The position numbers and the translations under genes were made by a program. A DNA stretch of 64,000 nucleotides, from the IMG/VR virus record IMGVR_UViG_3300006752_000023; one strand, 5' to 3'. The stretch comes from an uncultured virus (IMG/VR IMGVR_UViG_3300006752_000023) (taxonomy: Duplodnaviria; Heunggongvirae; Uroviricota; Caudoviricetes). Shown piece after piece: positions 56,557 through 64,000 of the stretch. Under the pieces are notes generated by a model, which was not told the origin of the DNA, searched no databases, and saw only the letters and a list, made by a program, of their open reading frames with translations. Position 1 is the first letter of the stretch. Each line of letters begins with the position of its first letter.

Positions 56557-57030
56557 TTATCTAGATGTTCTATACTGGATGTTATCTTTAATAGTATTAT
56601 AGTCGCTTGTGGATCCATTTGCACCCTCTTCAATGACCATAACTTGATCATATCCAGTTCTTTCAATAATTTTTGTTTTAATCTCTAATTGTTTTTTCTC
56701 TTTTTGAATTCTGCGAAGAAATGCATAGTAAATAATCTGAGTAAAATAAGCAAATGGATTAGTAGATTTTTCTGGATTAAAGTTGTGAATGTATTGTACA
56801 CAATTCTCAATTCCATCGCCAATCATATCCTCTCGGAACATGTAGTTGACAAAGTTTGGTTTATAAGAAAGATGTGTTGCGATCTTAAGAAAACAATCTC
56901 CTAAGTAATTACTAATAGCTGGAGGTTTAGTTCCATTCTCTTTAGCAAGTTTTGCTGCAATACGATATTCAACCATCGCATCTAACAATTCTTTATTATT
57001 TACATAATGTTCAGATCTTTTTTTAGGCAT
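56557..57030 (-). CDS. gp55: Late transcription sigma factor (T4 gp55)
   Basis: HYVNNKE, LSYKPNFVNYMFREDMI.DGIENC, NPFAYFTQI..AFLRRIQKEKKQ. Confidence 0.97.
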   Translation of the reverse strand: MPKKRSEHYVNNKELLDAMVEYRIAAKLAKENGTKPPAISNYLGDCFLKIATHLSYKPNFVNYMFREDMIGDGIENCVQYIHNFNPEKSTNPFAYFTQIIYYAFLRRIQKEKKQLEIKTKIIERTGYDQVMVIEEGANGSTSDYNTIKDNIQYRTSR

Positions 57031-57053
57031 ATCTATGCTAAGTTCGTGTTTAT

Positions 57054-57095
57054 ATTATAGCACAGCTTGACAATCTATGCTTTTGTCTGTAGAAT
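57054..57095. promoter_or_regulatory. Divergent promoter pair: extended -10 for gp55 (minus) and TTGACA-N17-TAGAAT (plus)
   Basis: Minus TGcTATAAT 57062-57054; plus TTGACA 57067-57072 and TAGAAT 57090-57095. Confidence 0.72.
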
Positions 57096-57138
57096 AACTT
57101 TGTCGAAGTTCAGAAGCACTGTATCTAAGCTTCTTAGC

Positions 57139-57570
57139 TTAAGCATGAGTTGCAATACCAGCTCTAGGGTCTGCTTCTAATTTAAATAGATCCTCTAGAT
57201 TTTTACGAGCAGACTTAACATTTCCTAGATATCCCATTTTTTCTGATGGTTTAACTTTACCAGTTGATCTTGTATTGATACCCATCCGATCTTCAGCAGC
57301 GTCAATAATATAATTTGTATAGTATTCGACCATTTCATGATCGCATTCTACTTCTGTCATCGTAATAATTTGTGTCTTATCAATAAAATAAAACTGATCA
57401 TTTGGAACATGCATCCAAGGTTCTATTCTTACAAAAGAACCTCTTGGTCCATGTACAGTTTCAATACAGACAGGATCTTGAACTATTAATGTATCATTTT
57501 CTGAAGAAGTTATAGCGAAGAGTTCTTCGCCAGATACTAATTTGATACTTGCGTAAAAGTCATCGTTCAT
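57139..57570 (-). CDS. Conserved cyanophage hypothetical protein (Sm-like fold suspected)
   Basis: FYASIKLVSGEEL, EPWM, MGYLGNV..AR..LE. Confidence 0.78.
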   Translation of the reverse strand: MNDDFYASIKLVSGEELFAITSSENDTLIVQDPVCIETVHGPRGSFVRIEPWMHVPNDQFYFIDKTQIITMTEVECDHEMVEYYTNYIIDAAEDRMGINTRSTGKVKPSEKMGYLGNVKSARKNLEDLFKLEADPRAGIATHA

Positions 57571-59035
57571 TCTTTTCTCTTAGATTAATGGTTACCATGT
57601 CATAAGTAAATTTTTCTTCCTTATAAATTTTAATTCTCTCAATGAGATGGTTTAATGTGTAATTTCGTTTTGAACGAAAGGTACAATCATCAGCAATGTC
57701 GTACAGAGTCGCACTAAATTTGTTAGTACCTTTTCTCAGTACTCTACCAATTGATTGTAAATTCCTAATTCTTGATTTTGAAGGAGAAGCAAAGATAACA
57801 TTATGTAAGTTTTTAATGTTAATTCCAGTAGAGAAAGTTCCGTATGAAGCAACAATAATAGAGTTGGTTTCATTCTCGATGATTGAACGGGCTAGTTCTC
57901 TATCCTCAACATCTACTCCACCATGAATAAAGAAGACTTTTCGATCTTCTCCTATGTTTTTATTTATCATATCAAAAAGAACCCTCCCATGATCTTCAAC
58001 TCTTGCAAAAAGAACTAGAGTATTTCCTTTAAGATCTATACTTAAATTTTTTATAAAATTATTCCTTTTCTCATGAGAAATTAAATAATTAATTTCATCT
58101 AGATAAGAATCAAATACTCTCTCATCATGTTTTAACAAAAGAATCTTAGCATTTAGTTTTGCCAGATACCCTTTGGTCATTAGTTCCTCGGTACGAACTA
58201 ACTTGTAAGATGGTCCAAACAATCCTTCTAGCACCCACTTGTGAGTTTGTGTTCCGTCTAGAGTTCCAGTAAAACCAAAACGATATTTTGCTTGATGTAA
58301 CTTAGTCATGATGCTGGTAAGAGACTTTGCTTTGAACAAATGTGCCTCATCACCAATTACTACATTGAAACGCTCAAAATAACTCTTCTCTAGTTTATAG
58401 ATAGATTGCCATGTAGTAATGATAACGGGTGCTTTAGCTTCTCGTTCTTTACCTGCATATATTTTGTGACAATATGAAGAAGCATCCCATCCATATTCCT
58501 CAAAGTCCTTATGCATCTGCTCTACCAGAGATGTCGTTGGAACAACTAGGAGGATATTTTGTTTGCGCTCTGTATAGTACCTCACGATTGAGTAAATCAT
58601 CAAAGATTTGCCGGAGGCTGTTGGGCTTATCACTAACCTTCTATTGTGTCTTAGAGCATCGTATACTCCCTCTACTTGATAGTCACGAGGTTGACGATTA
58701 CAAATAGACAACATATAATCTTTTATTCCCTCCTTAGATATAAATTCATTTTCTTCATAAGGAGTTCCATAAAATTTATTGTTTGTAAATTCAAATTCAT
58801 ATCCTTGCCTTTTACAGAAAGATACTAACTTATCTAATAACCCAGCATATAGTTCTCTTGTATGCGTAGAAAATAAACGAATCTTTCCATCCCAGTACCT
58901 TCTACGGTACTGATTCATATACTTAGCACCCTCTATATCAAAAGAGAAGTGGTCAGACAACTCCTGATATACATGAGGCTCAGATTCAATTTTTAAAAAA
59001 ACTTCGTTTTTCTTGGATACTATAAGTTTGGTCAT
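57560..59035 (-). CDS. uvsW: DNA helicase UvsW
   Basis: WDGKIRLF, PRDYQ, SPTASGKS, GDEAH, GFTGT, QSIGRVLR. Confidence 0.96.
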   Translation of the reverse strand: MTKLIVSKKNEVFLKIESEPHVYQELSDHFSFDIEGAKYMNQYRRRYWDGKIRLFSTHTRELYAGLLDKLVSFCKRQGYEFEFTNNKFYGTPYEENEFISKEGIKDYMLSICNRQPRDYQVEGVYDALRHNRRLVISPTASGKSLMIYSIVRYYTERKQNILLVVPTTSLVEQMHKDFEEYGWDASSYCHKIYAGKEREAKAPVIITTWQSIYKLEKSYFERFNVVIGDEAHLFKAKSLTSIMTKLHQAKYRFGFTGTLDGTQTHKWVLEGLFGPSYKLVRTEELMTKGYLAKLNAKILLLKHDERVFDSYLDEINYLISHEKRNNFIKNLSIDLKGNTLVLFARVEDHGRVLFDMINKNIGEDRKVFFIHGGVDVEDRELARSIIENETNSIIVASYGTFSTGINIKNLHNVIFASPSKSRIRNLQSIGRVLRKGTNKFSATLYDIADDCTFRSKRNYTLNHLIERIKIYKEEKFTYDMVTINLREKNER

Positions 59036-59037
59036 GC

Positions 59038-59463
59038 TCACCCTGCACGGAAATTATGCCAATCGATAATATTTTTAATTAGATATCCTCTATTACTTAC
59101 CTGCTTAATAATATCTTCCAGGTATGTCAACATGACATCATAGTATTTAATTTTTAAAGTTGCTGACTGCACTTTCTCATCAGCCAACATATATCTTTGT
59201 ACAGCATCCTTTTCCCTAACTTTATATGGGAAGGGATCCTTTGCATAAACTTCAGGGTCTGCTTTACCTGTGTAATACAGATGCCTATCTAATTTAATTT
59301 TATTTTCTAATGTTGTTGATCTTTCCCTGAGCAACTTAATGTTGTTGTAGATGTCAAAATACTTGGCATGTAAAGATGGAATCTTTGCTGCCTCATCATG
59401 TAAATTATCTTGATCAATCTGTGTGTCTTTGACCCACATACTTTGTATAGTTTCAAGATCCAT
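59038..59463 (-). CDS. uvsY: Recombination mediator UvsY
   Basis: IPSLHAKY, YYTGKA, PFPYKV, NRGYLIKNIIDW; position between gp3 and uvsW. Confidence 0.9.
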   Translation of the reverse strand: MDLETIQSMWVKDTQIDQDNLHDEAAKIPSLHAKYFDIYNNIKLLRERSTTLENKIKLDRHLYYTGKADPEVYAKDPFPYKVREKDAVQRYMLADEKVQSATLKIKYYDVMLTYLEDIIKQVSNRGYLIKNIIDWHNFRAG

Positions 59464-59466
59464 AAG

Positions 59467-59997
59467 TTAGTTTGCAACTTCAATCGTATAGAACAGATAC
59501 TTAAATGTCACTGTTGCTGTAAAGTATGTATAATCAGTATCTGTGGCAGTAAAATCTAAAGAACTTAGTGAGACTGGGAATAAATCTCTAAATTTTATTC
59601 TTGCACTTACATTAAAATTACTGTTTAGGATCGCAAGAGTTCCATCACTAAATTGTTCTTTAACATCTTTAGATCCATCTGCAGCAGTAATAAGTTGTTG
59701 AAACTCATTAACACTTTCTGGATACCCAAGACCATAGATCCAGTTATGAATCTCTAGATAATTTTCTAAATCCTCATCTACAATAAACTGCAGAGTGAGA
59801 TCTTCAAATTGAATATTATCACCAGGAAGATCAATAGCCTTCAGGTAGTTTCCAACCTTTATATTCCCTAATTGGATACCAGGAATCTTTGTACTATTAG
59901 AAAAGAAATCTACTTTGGGAGTTTTTACAATATTGAATTTAAATCCTGTAGGCGACAAATAATTCTTGTTTGTTATCTGCTTGCTAAGGAATGTCAT
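59467..59997 (-). CDS. gp3: Tail completion / sheath stabilizer (T4 gp3)
   Basis: NYLSPTGFKF, PGD..F..L.L.FIVDEDLENY.EIHNW, FPVSLSSLDF; late CTAAATA upstream. Confidence 0.9.
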   Translation of the reverse strand: MTFLSKQITNKNYLSPTGFKFNIVKTPKVDFFSNSTKIPGIQLGNIKVGNYLKAIDLPGDNIQFEDLTLQFIVDEDLENYLEIHNWIYGLGYPESVNEFQQLITAADGSKDVKEQFSDGTLAILNSNFNVSARIKFRDLFPVSLSSLDFTATDTDYTYFTATVTFKYLFYTIEVAN

Positions 59998-60015
59998 TTT
60001 TATTTTTATTTAGAC

Positions 60016-60040
60016 AAAAAAAGAGACCCTTTCGGGTCTC
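60016..60040 (-). terminator. Rho-independent terminator
   Basis: GAGACCC-gaaa-GGGTCTC plus T7. Confidence 0.88.
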
Positions 60041-60070
60041 TCACTTCCTTCACACGGAAATTATATTATA

Positions 60071-60247
60071 TCACATAAGGACTTCCTTACAAATTCTTTT
60101 GCATTCTGGAGCACTTAGTGAACTGCATTCAATTAGACACTCATAATAATCATTTAATCTTTCTTGTTCCTCTACGGCGAAATCGTCAACTGGGGTTTCT
60201 GTAATTTTCCATTCGTTAAGTTGAGCCATTGATAGTAGATTGTGCAT
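60071..60247 (-). CDS. Small Cys-rich protein (58 aa)
   Basis: Manual ORF MHNLLSMAQLNEW...NDYYECLIECSSLSAPECKRICKEVLM*; AAGGTG RBS and CTAAATA (60321-60315) upstream. Confidence 0.8.
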   Translation of the reverse strand: MHNLLSMAQLNEWKITETPVDDFAVEEQERLNDYYECLIECSSLSAPECKRICKEVLM

Positions 60248-60361
60248 TTAAATCACCTTGGTTATTGAATATAATATAGAGATCTCAGATCATAGTAGTA
60301 GTTAATTCTGTTTCTATTTAGTCAGCGTATGCTAACTTAATGAAGTAAATTAAATGTATAC

Positions 60362-60386
60362 AAAAAAAAGACCCTTGCGGGTCTCT
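60362..60386 (-). terminator. Rho-independent terminator
   Basis: AGACCC-gcaa-GGGTCT plus T-run. Confidence 0.85.
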
Positions 60387-60389
60387 TGA

Positions 60390-60722
60390 TCAATTTAGAC
60401 GAGTGCATTGATATCCGTATTGATTTAGATATCCATTATAGATCCTACGAGTAGTCCACTTGAGTCCTAGTTTCTTGAGATTAGGAGTAAGTGCAGGGCG
60501 ACCTTTATCAGCATCTAGATCTTTCTTTGATACTTCTTTGAAAAAAGATCTTCCAACAGGAATTCTATCCCATGGATACCTGTGTGTTGAACCTCCCCTG
60601 CCGCTCAGTACCCTTACTGAATCTTCCTCTTCCTTAGACATCACGGTGAACATCGGACGGACTTTCAAACTCTTATTCAAATCTTGAAAGTCTTCTTCGT
60701 GGAATAGTGAGTAGTTTGACAT
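60390..60722 (-). CDS. Hypothetical basic protein in its own transcription unit
   Basis: 110 aa, RYPWDRIPVGRSFF motif; flanked by its own promoter and terminator. Confidence 0.75.
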   Translation of the reverse strand: MSNYSLFHEEDFQDLNKSLKVRPMFTVMSKEEEDSVRVLSGRGGSTHRYPWDRIPVGRSFFKEVSKKDLDADKGRPALTPNLKKLGLKWTTRRIYNGYLNQYGYQCTRLN

Positions 60723-60755
60723 GCGGTTTTCTAAACGCTTTGATTAACTGAAGAT

Positions 60756-60784
60756 ATTCTACCACCAAACAAACCCGATGTCAA
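60756..60784 (-). promoter_or_regulatory. sigma70-type promoter TTGACA-N17-TAGAAT
   Basis: TTGACA tcgggtttgtttggtgg TAGAAT, immediately after the gp23 terminator. Confidence 0.8.
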
Positions 60785-60787
60785 CAC

Positions 60788-60816
60788 AAAAAAAGACCCC
60801 CCTTTGAGGGAGGTCT
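60788..60816 (-). terminator. gp23 terminator
   Basis: AGACCTCCC-tcaaa-GGGGGGTCT plus T-run. Confidence 0.85.
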
Positions 60817-60862
60817 GAAAGAGATCCGATGGGATACTCTGGGAAACATATGGACCGATCGA

Positions 60863-62308
60863 TCACATAAGGTTCTTAACAACAGTACGCTGGTAGTAGC
60901 GGTTGCTGTTGGAGGTGATACGACCAAGACCTTGTGCAGTGCCTTCAGCATAAGGGTTAGAAACAAGACCGTAACGGGTCTTGAATCCAATTTTGGGCTG
61001 GAAGGTGTTTTCTCCAACGGCGCGAACCATCTGGAGGGGAACATAAGGACAGTAGAAGAGACCAGCATCATAAGGGGAAGAACCCTTATAGCCGACAACA
61101 TAGTACTGGTTAGCAGCAGAGTTAGCAGCGAAAGGATCGATGAATACTCTGTACTTACCGTTAATAGTACCAGCGAAGGTGTTGCCAGTATCGTCAACCT
61201 GAAGGTTTGCGTTCAGTGCAGGGGTGTAGTCAAGTACACCAGCCATGGTGAGTGCAGAAGCAACATCAGCAGATGTCATGATGATGTTACCCTTCCCTCT
61301 ACGAGTTCTTTGGGCGATTCTGTTAGCATCTCTTTCGATGTTAAACAGAAGACCTTTGAACTTCTCAACTGACCAACGACCGTTGGAGTCAACATCGAGA
61401 TCGAAGAAACCAGCATTGGCAACATTTGCCTGTGAACCAGCTTCAGCAGTCTTATAGATGGTACGAATAACTTCGCGGTTAATTTCAGCAAGAATTTCGC
61501 TAGACAGGATGTTAGCGAGTTCTGCTTCAGCGTTAAGACCGTGGATAGCACGAAGGTCTTGTGCCAATTCCATGCTGTACTCTGCTTTCAGAGCGCGGGA
61601 CTTAGCGGTGACCGTGACTTTCTCGATCGAGAATGCCATCTCGTTGAAGTCGCCGTTGCTGCCGTCTCCGAGTGCCTCAGAGTCGCCAGTTGCCATACCT
61701 TGACCCAGTGAATACTGAGCTTGTACAGCGTCGGAAGCAGCGCCTTCCAGGATTGCGGGGTTAGTACCACGCTGAGTTCCAGTAGAACCGAAACCAACAG
61801 TACCGTCGTCATCACCAGCAGCGGTGTAATCACCCTGAGTTGACTGACCAATGTTTGTGCCTGCCTTGTTAGCAGAGAATGCGGAATCAGGCTCGTTGAA
61901 GAACGACTCAGTACCAGACTGATTGGTGTAGCGTGAACGCATTGCGAAGATCAGTCCAGTAGGACCGTTCATCGGCTGAACGCCAGCGAGTTCATAAGCA
62001 ACCAGATTCGGCATTGAGCGGCGAATCAGGCTGATCAGAACGGGATCGAAACCGGCGGTAGGACCAGCAGCAGTAGAACCGCCACTGAAAGCACCAGAGG
62101 CACCTACAGCGTTGCCACTGTTAGTAGGGGCAGCTTCTGAAAGCATACCATTGCCGTTTTCAAAAGCAGATTGCTCTTTGAGGAAACGCTCTTGGTTCTC
62201 AAGGAGAACAGCAGTTGTAGACCGGCGATGCGCGTCCTTAATAGGATCTACGCCTTCGGCGTCGAGAAGTGGACCCCACTTCTCCATTAATGATTCTTGA
62301 TTGTACAT
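60863..62308 (-). CDS. gp23: Major capsid protein (T4 gp23)
   Basis: LLENQ, DPVLISLIRRSMPNL, GVQPMNGPTGLIFAMR, KSRALKAEY, FQPKIGFKTRYG. Confidence 0.99.
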   Translation of the reverse strand: MYNQESLMEKWGPLLDAEGVDPIKDAHRRSTTAVLLENQERFLKEQSAFENGNGMLSEAAPTNSGNAVGASGAFSGGSTAAGPTAGFDPVLISLIRRSMPNLVAYELAGVQPMNGPTGLIFAMRSRYTNQSGTESFFNEPDSAFSANKAGTNIGQSTQGDYTAAGDDDGTVGFGSTGTQRGTNPAILEGAASDAVQAQYSLGQGMATGDSEALGDGSNGDFNEMAFSIEKVTVTAKSRALKAEYSMELAQDLRAIHGLNAEAELANILSSEILAEINREVIRTIYKTAEAGSQANVANAGFFDLDVDSNGRWSVEKFKGLLFNIERDANRIAQRTRRGKGNIIMTSADVASALTMAGVLDYTPALNANLQVDDTGNTFAGTINGKYRVFIDPFAANSAANQYYVVGYKGSSPYDAGLFYCPYVPLQMVRAVGENTFQPKIGFKTRYGLVSNPYAEGTAQGLGRITSNSNRYYQRTVVKNLM

Positions 62309-62339
62309 TAGATTTTTGTGTTTAAATTTGCGGAGTTGT

Positions 62340-63383
62340 TTACTTCATCCCAAGGGCTTTCAAATACTGGGTCATTGAAGCAGATGCCTCAACACCAGTC
62401 TCTGAGGTCACGCCCTCAGACAGTGTTTCCACTTTATTAGAAACTGACCTTTGCTCACTGGGGAAATACGATTCCTTCAGTGTAACCAGCTTCTCACGAT
62501 AAGATTCTTCACCCTCAAACTCAACACCTTCAGACAGTGCGACCAGTTTTTCTCTTTGTGTAACAGCAAGTCCCTCGGTTACTTCACGGAAAATTCCATC
62601 AGCTGTAGATTCGCCAAGGCGCTTGTTAAGAAAAATGTTAGCTTCGATCTGTTCGTTAAGTCTGCCTTCCATTTCATCTAGCTTGGAGACCATACTCTCC
62701 AAAACATCATATTTGTCGTCAGCGATTGTTACATAATGATCTTCAAATAGACTCTTCATTCCAGAAAGGAATGATTCAGTCATTTCGGTCTTAAGACCGT
62801 GCTCTACTTCGATCTTGTTCTCGGAGATCCACTCTTCTGAAACATACTCAAGGTATGCATCAACGCGCTCTACAAGCTCAGACTTTACAGTCTCAAGATG
62901 CTCAGTCAAAGATGCTTCATATTGTGCAGCCATTTCTTCTTGAACTTCAGTTACTTTAGCAGTAACTACAGCCTCAAAAATAGTGCGTGCTTTTACTTGA
63001 AACTCTTCAGAAAGTTCTTCACCACCAAAAAGGGCAGAAAGATCTTCTTCAATATCAACAGCAGGAGCTGCTGCTTCAGTGGACTCATCTTCAGCTACAA
63101 CCTCTTGCTCACCTTCTACTTCGGCGGTATCGCCAGCAGAAAGACTTTGCATAGGCTCAGCAGCTTTAGCGCCACGAGTTACGACATCTTTAACAGTTTT
63201 AACTTTGGGTTCTGCGAGTTTCGCTGAATCATCGTCAGCCTTGTAGTTCTCGGGGGTAGGCCCACCAAGATCTTCTACAGCAGCTAAACCAGTTCCAGGA
63301 TCAGACAACTTAGGCATAGCCTCAGCGCCTTTCGCACCCCTTGTTACGGGATTTTCCATTTCTTGTAATTCCTTAGCGGACAT
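62340..63383 (-). CDS. gp22: Prohead core scaffolding protein (T4 gp22)
   Basis: EDLGGPTPENY, ELSEEF..KARTIFEA, YLEYV..EW, LKESYF; position between gp21 and gp23. Confidence 0.93.
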   Translation of the reverse strand: MSAKELQEMENPVTRGAKGAEAMPKLSDPGTGLAAVEDLGGPTPENYKADDDSAKLAEPKVKTVKDVVTRGAKAAEPMQSLSAGDTAEVEGEQEVVAEDESTEAAAPAVDIEEDLSALFGGEELSEEFQVKARTIFEAVVTAKVTEVQEEMAAQYEASLTEHLETVKSELVERVDAYLEYVSEEWISENKIEVEHGLKTEMTESFLSGMKSLFEDHYVTIADDKYDVLESMVSKLDEMEGRLNEQIEANIFLNKRLGESTADGIFREVTEGLAVTQREKLVALSEGVEFEGEESYREKLVTLKESYFPSEQRSVSNKVETLSEGVTSETGVEASASMTQYLKALGMK

Positions 63384-63428
63384 TGGTGAACTCTCCGATT
63401 AGATCGATTTTTAGATATAATCTATATT

Positions 63429-63436
63429 TATTTATA
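63429..63436 (-). promoter_or_regulatory. T4-type late promoter TATAAATA
   Basis: Exact match between gp21 and gp22. Confidence 0.85.
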
Positions 63437-63438
63437 AA

Positions 63439-64000
63439 TCAAAGACTTGACAGGAACTTGTTGAACAATGCCAACTTGTTCTCCTGCAATGCTCTTTCAT
63501 CTACTAGGGTATTAATTTGCTTGTATGTCTTCTCCACGAGTTTTTCGCGGACAATACTACCATCCATTACCCAATCTTTTCCTTCCATAATTCCTGATAC
63601 AAATGCATCAGGTGCGGAGGGGTCTGCTACAATATCAGCAGCAGTTGCAAGCATAAAATCGTTAGAAACGATCTTAATACCATTCTCATTTACTGCTAAA
63701 GTTCCAAGACCACGGGAAGAAACTCCCAACTTGACACCTTCATCGATAAGATTTTGTGCAATCTTACCCATAGGGGTGTTGAGAATTTTAGCCTTACCTA
63801 CAAAATTAGTTCCCTCTTCTCTGAGAGATGTAATTTTATGAGATACGCGATCCAGGTTGAGTGTAGGTCCTTCAGGATGTCCAAGTTCTCCAAGAGCTCT
63901 GCCTTTACCGACAAAACTTTCGTTGTAACGACTGACTTCTCTGCGGAGAGTTTCCATAGGATACATCCGACCATTACGGTTCTGGATATCACCCTGTAGG
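63439..64000 (-). CDS. gp21: Prohead protease (T4 gp21), 5'-truncated by window edge
   Basis: Frame open to 64000 (LQGDIQNRNGRMYP); ALGELGHP, GVSSRGLG, DIVADPSAPDAFV. Confidence 0.97.
   Translation of the reverse strand, partial: LQGDIQNRNGRMYPMETLRREVSRYNESFVGKGRALGELGHPEGPTLNLDRVSHKITSLREEGTNFVGKAKILNTPMGKIAQNLIDEGVKLGVSSRGLGTLAVNENGIKIVSNDFMLATAADIVADPSAPDAFVSGIMEGKDWVMDGSIVREKLVEKTYKQINTLVDERALQENKLALFNKFLSSL

Noticed and set aside
59997..60863. Absence of gp24 after gp23
   Set aside because: Normal for marine T4-like cyanophages.
60781..61197. 138-aa alternative-frame minus-strand ORF overlapping the gp23 3' end (possible frameshift extension)
   Set aside because: Low-information Leu/Ser/Thr-rich translation running into the terminator; no slippery site identified.
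60932..62300. Several long plus-strand ORFs opposite gp23
   Set aside because: Shadows produced by the strong codon bias of the capsid gene; no promoter, RBS or recognisable motifs.

Overview
This is a 64 kb segment of a T4-like marine cyanophage (cyanomyovirus, Kyanoviridae-type). Essentially every gene lies on the minus strand. Read in the direction of transcription (64000 to 1), the core runs: head genes (gp21 partial, gp22, gp23), gp3, uvsY, uvsW, gp55, gp47/gp46, a vWA-peptidase and MoxR 'CobS' pair, gp45, gp44, dam, a carbamoyltransferase, gp62, regA, hsp20, gp43, uvsX, gp41, mazG, late K/E-rich virion-type proteins, gp61, nrdA and nrdB. An accessory region follows, with three tRNAs (Thr-TGT, Arg-TCT, Val-TAC) interleaved with 2OG-Fe(II) oxygenases and a methyltransferase. 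Next comes an ~10 kb glycan island (gmd, NDP-sugar C-methyltransferase, fcl, GT11, GT6, FkbM-like MT, four more GTs and a GT25). The window ends with a small beta-barrel protein, two hli genes, a peroxiredoxin, a flavin-dependent halogenase and the 5' part of psbA. The most notable observations are: (1) a self-contained pathway for a C-methyl-branched GDP-deoxysugar coupled to ABO-blood-group-type transferases; (2) tRNA genes physically fused to flanking ORFs, supplying their stop and start codons; (3) several promoter-to-terminator short transcription units that look like unannotated small RNAs; (4) an HLR1/RpaB-type light switch on the hli promoter; (5) a capsid-targeting-like N-terminus on a nucleotidyltransferase; (6) ten dispersed 2OG-Fe(II) oxygenases alongside Pro-rich candidate substrates. 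All calls come from motif recognition by eye; no database searches were run.
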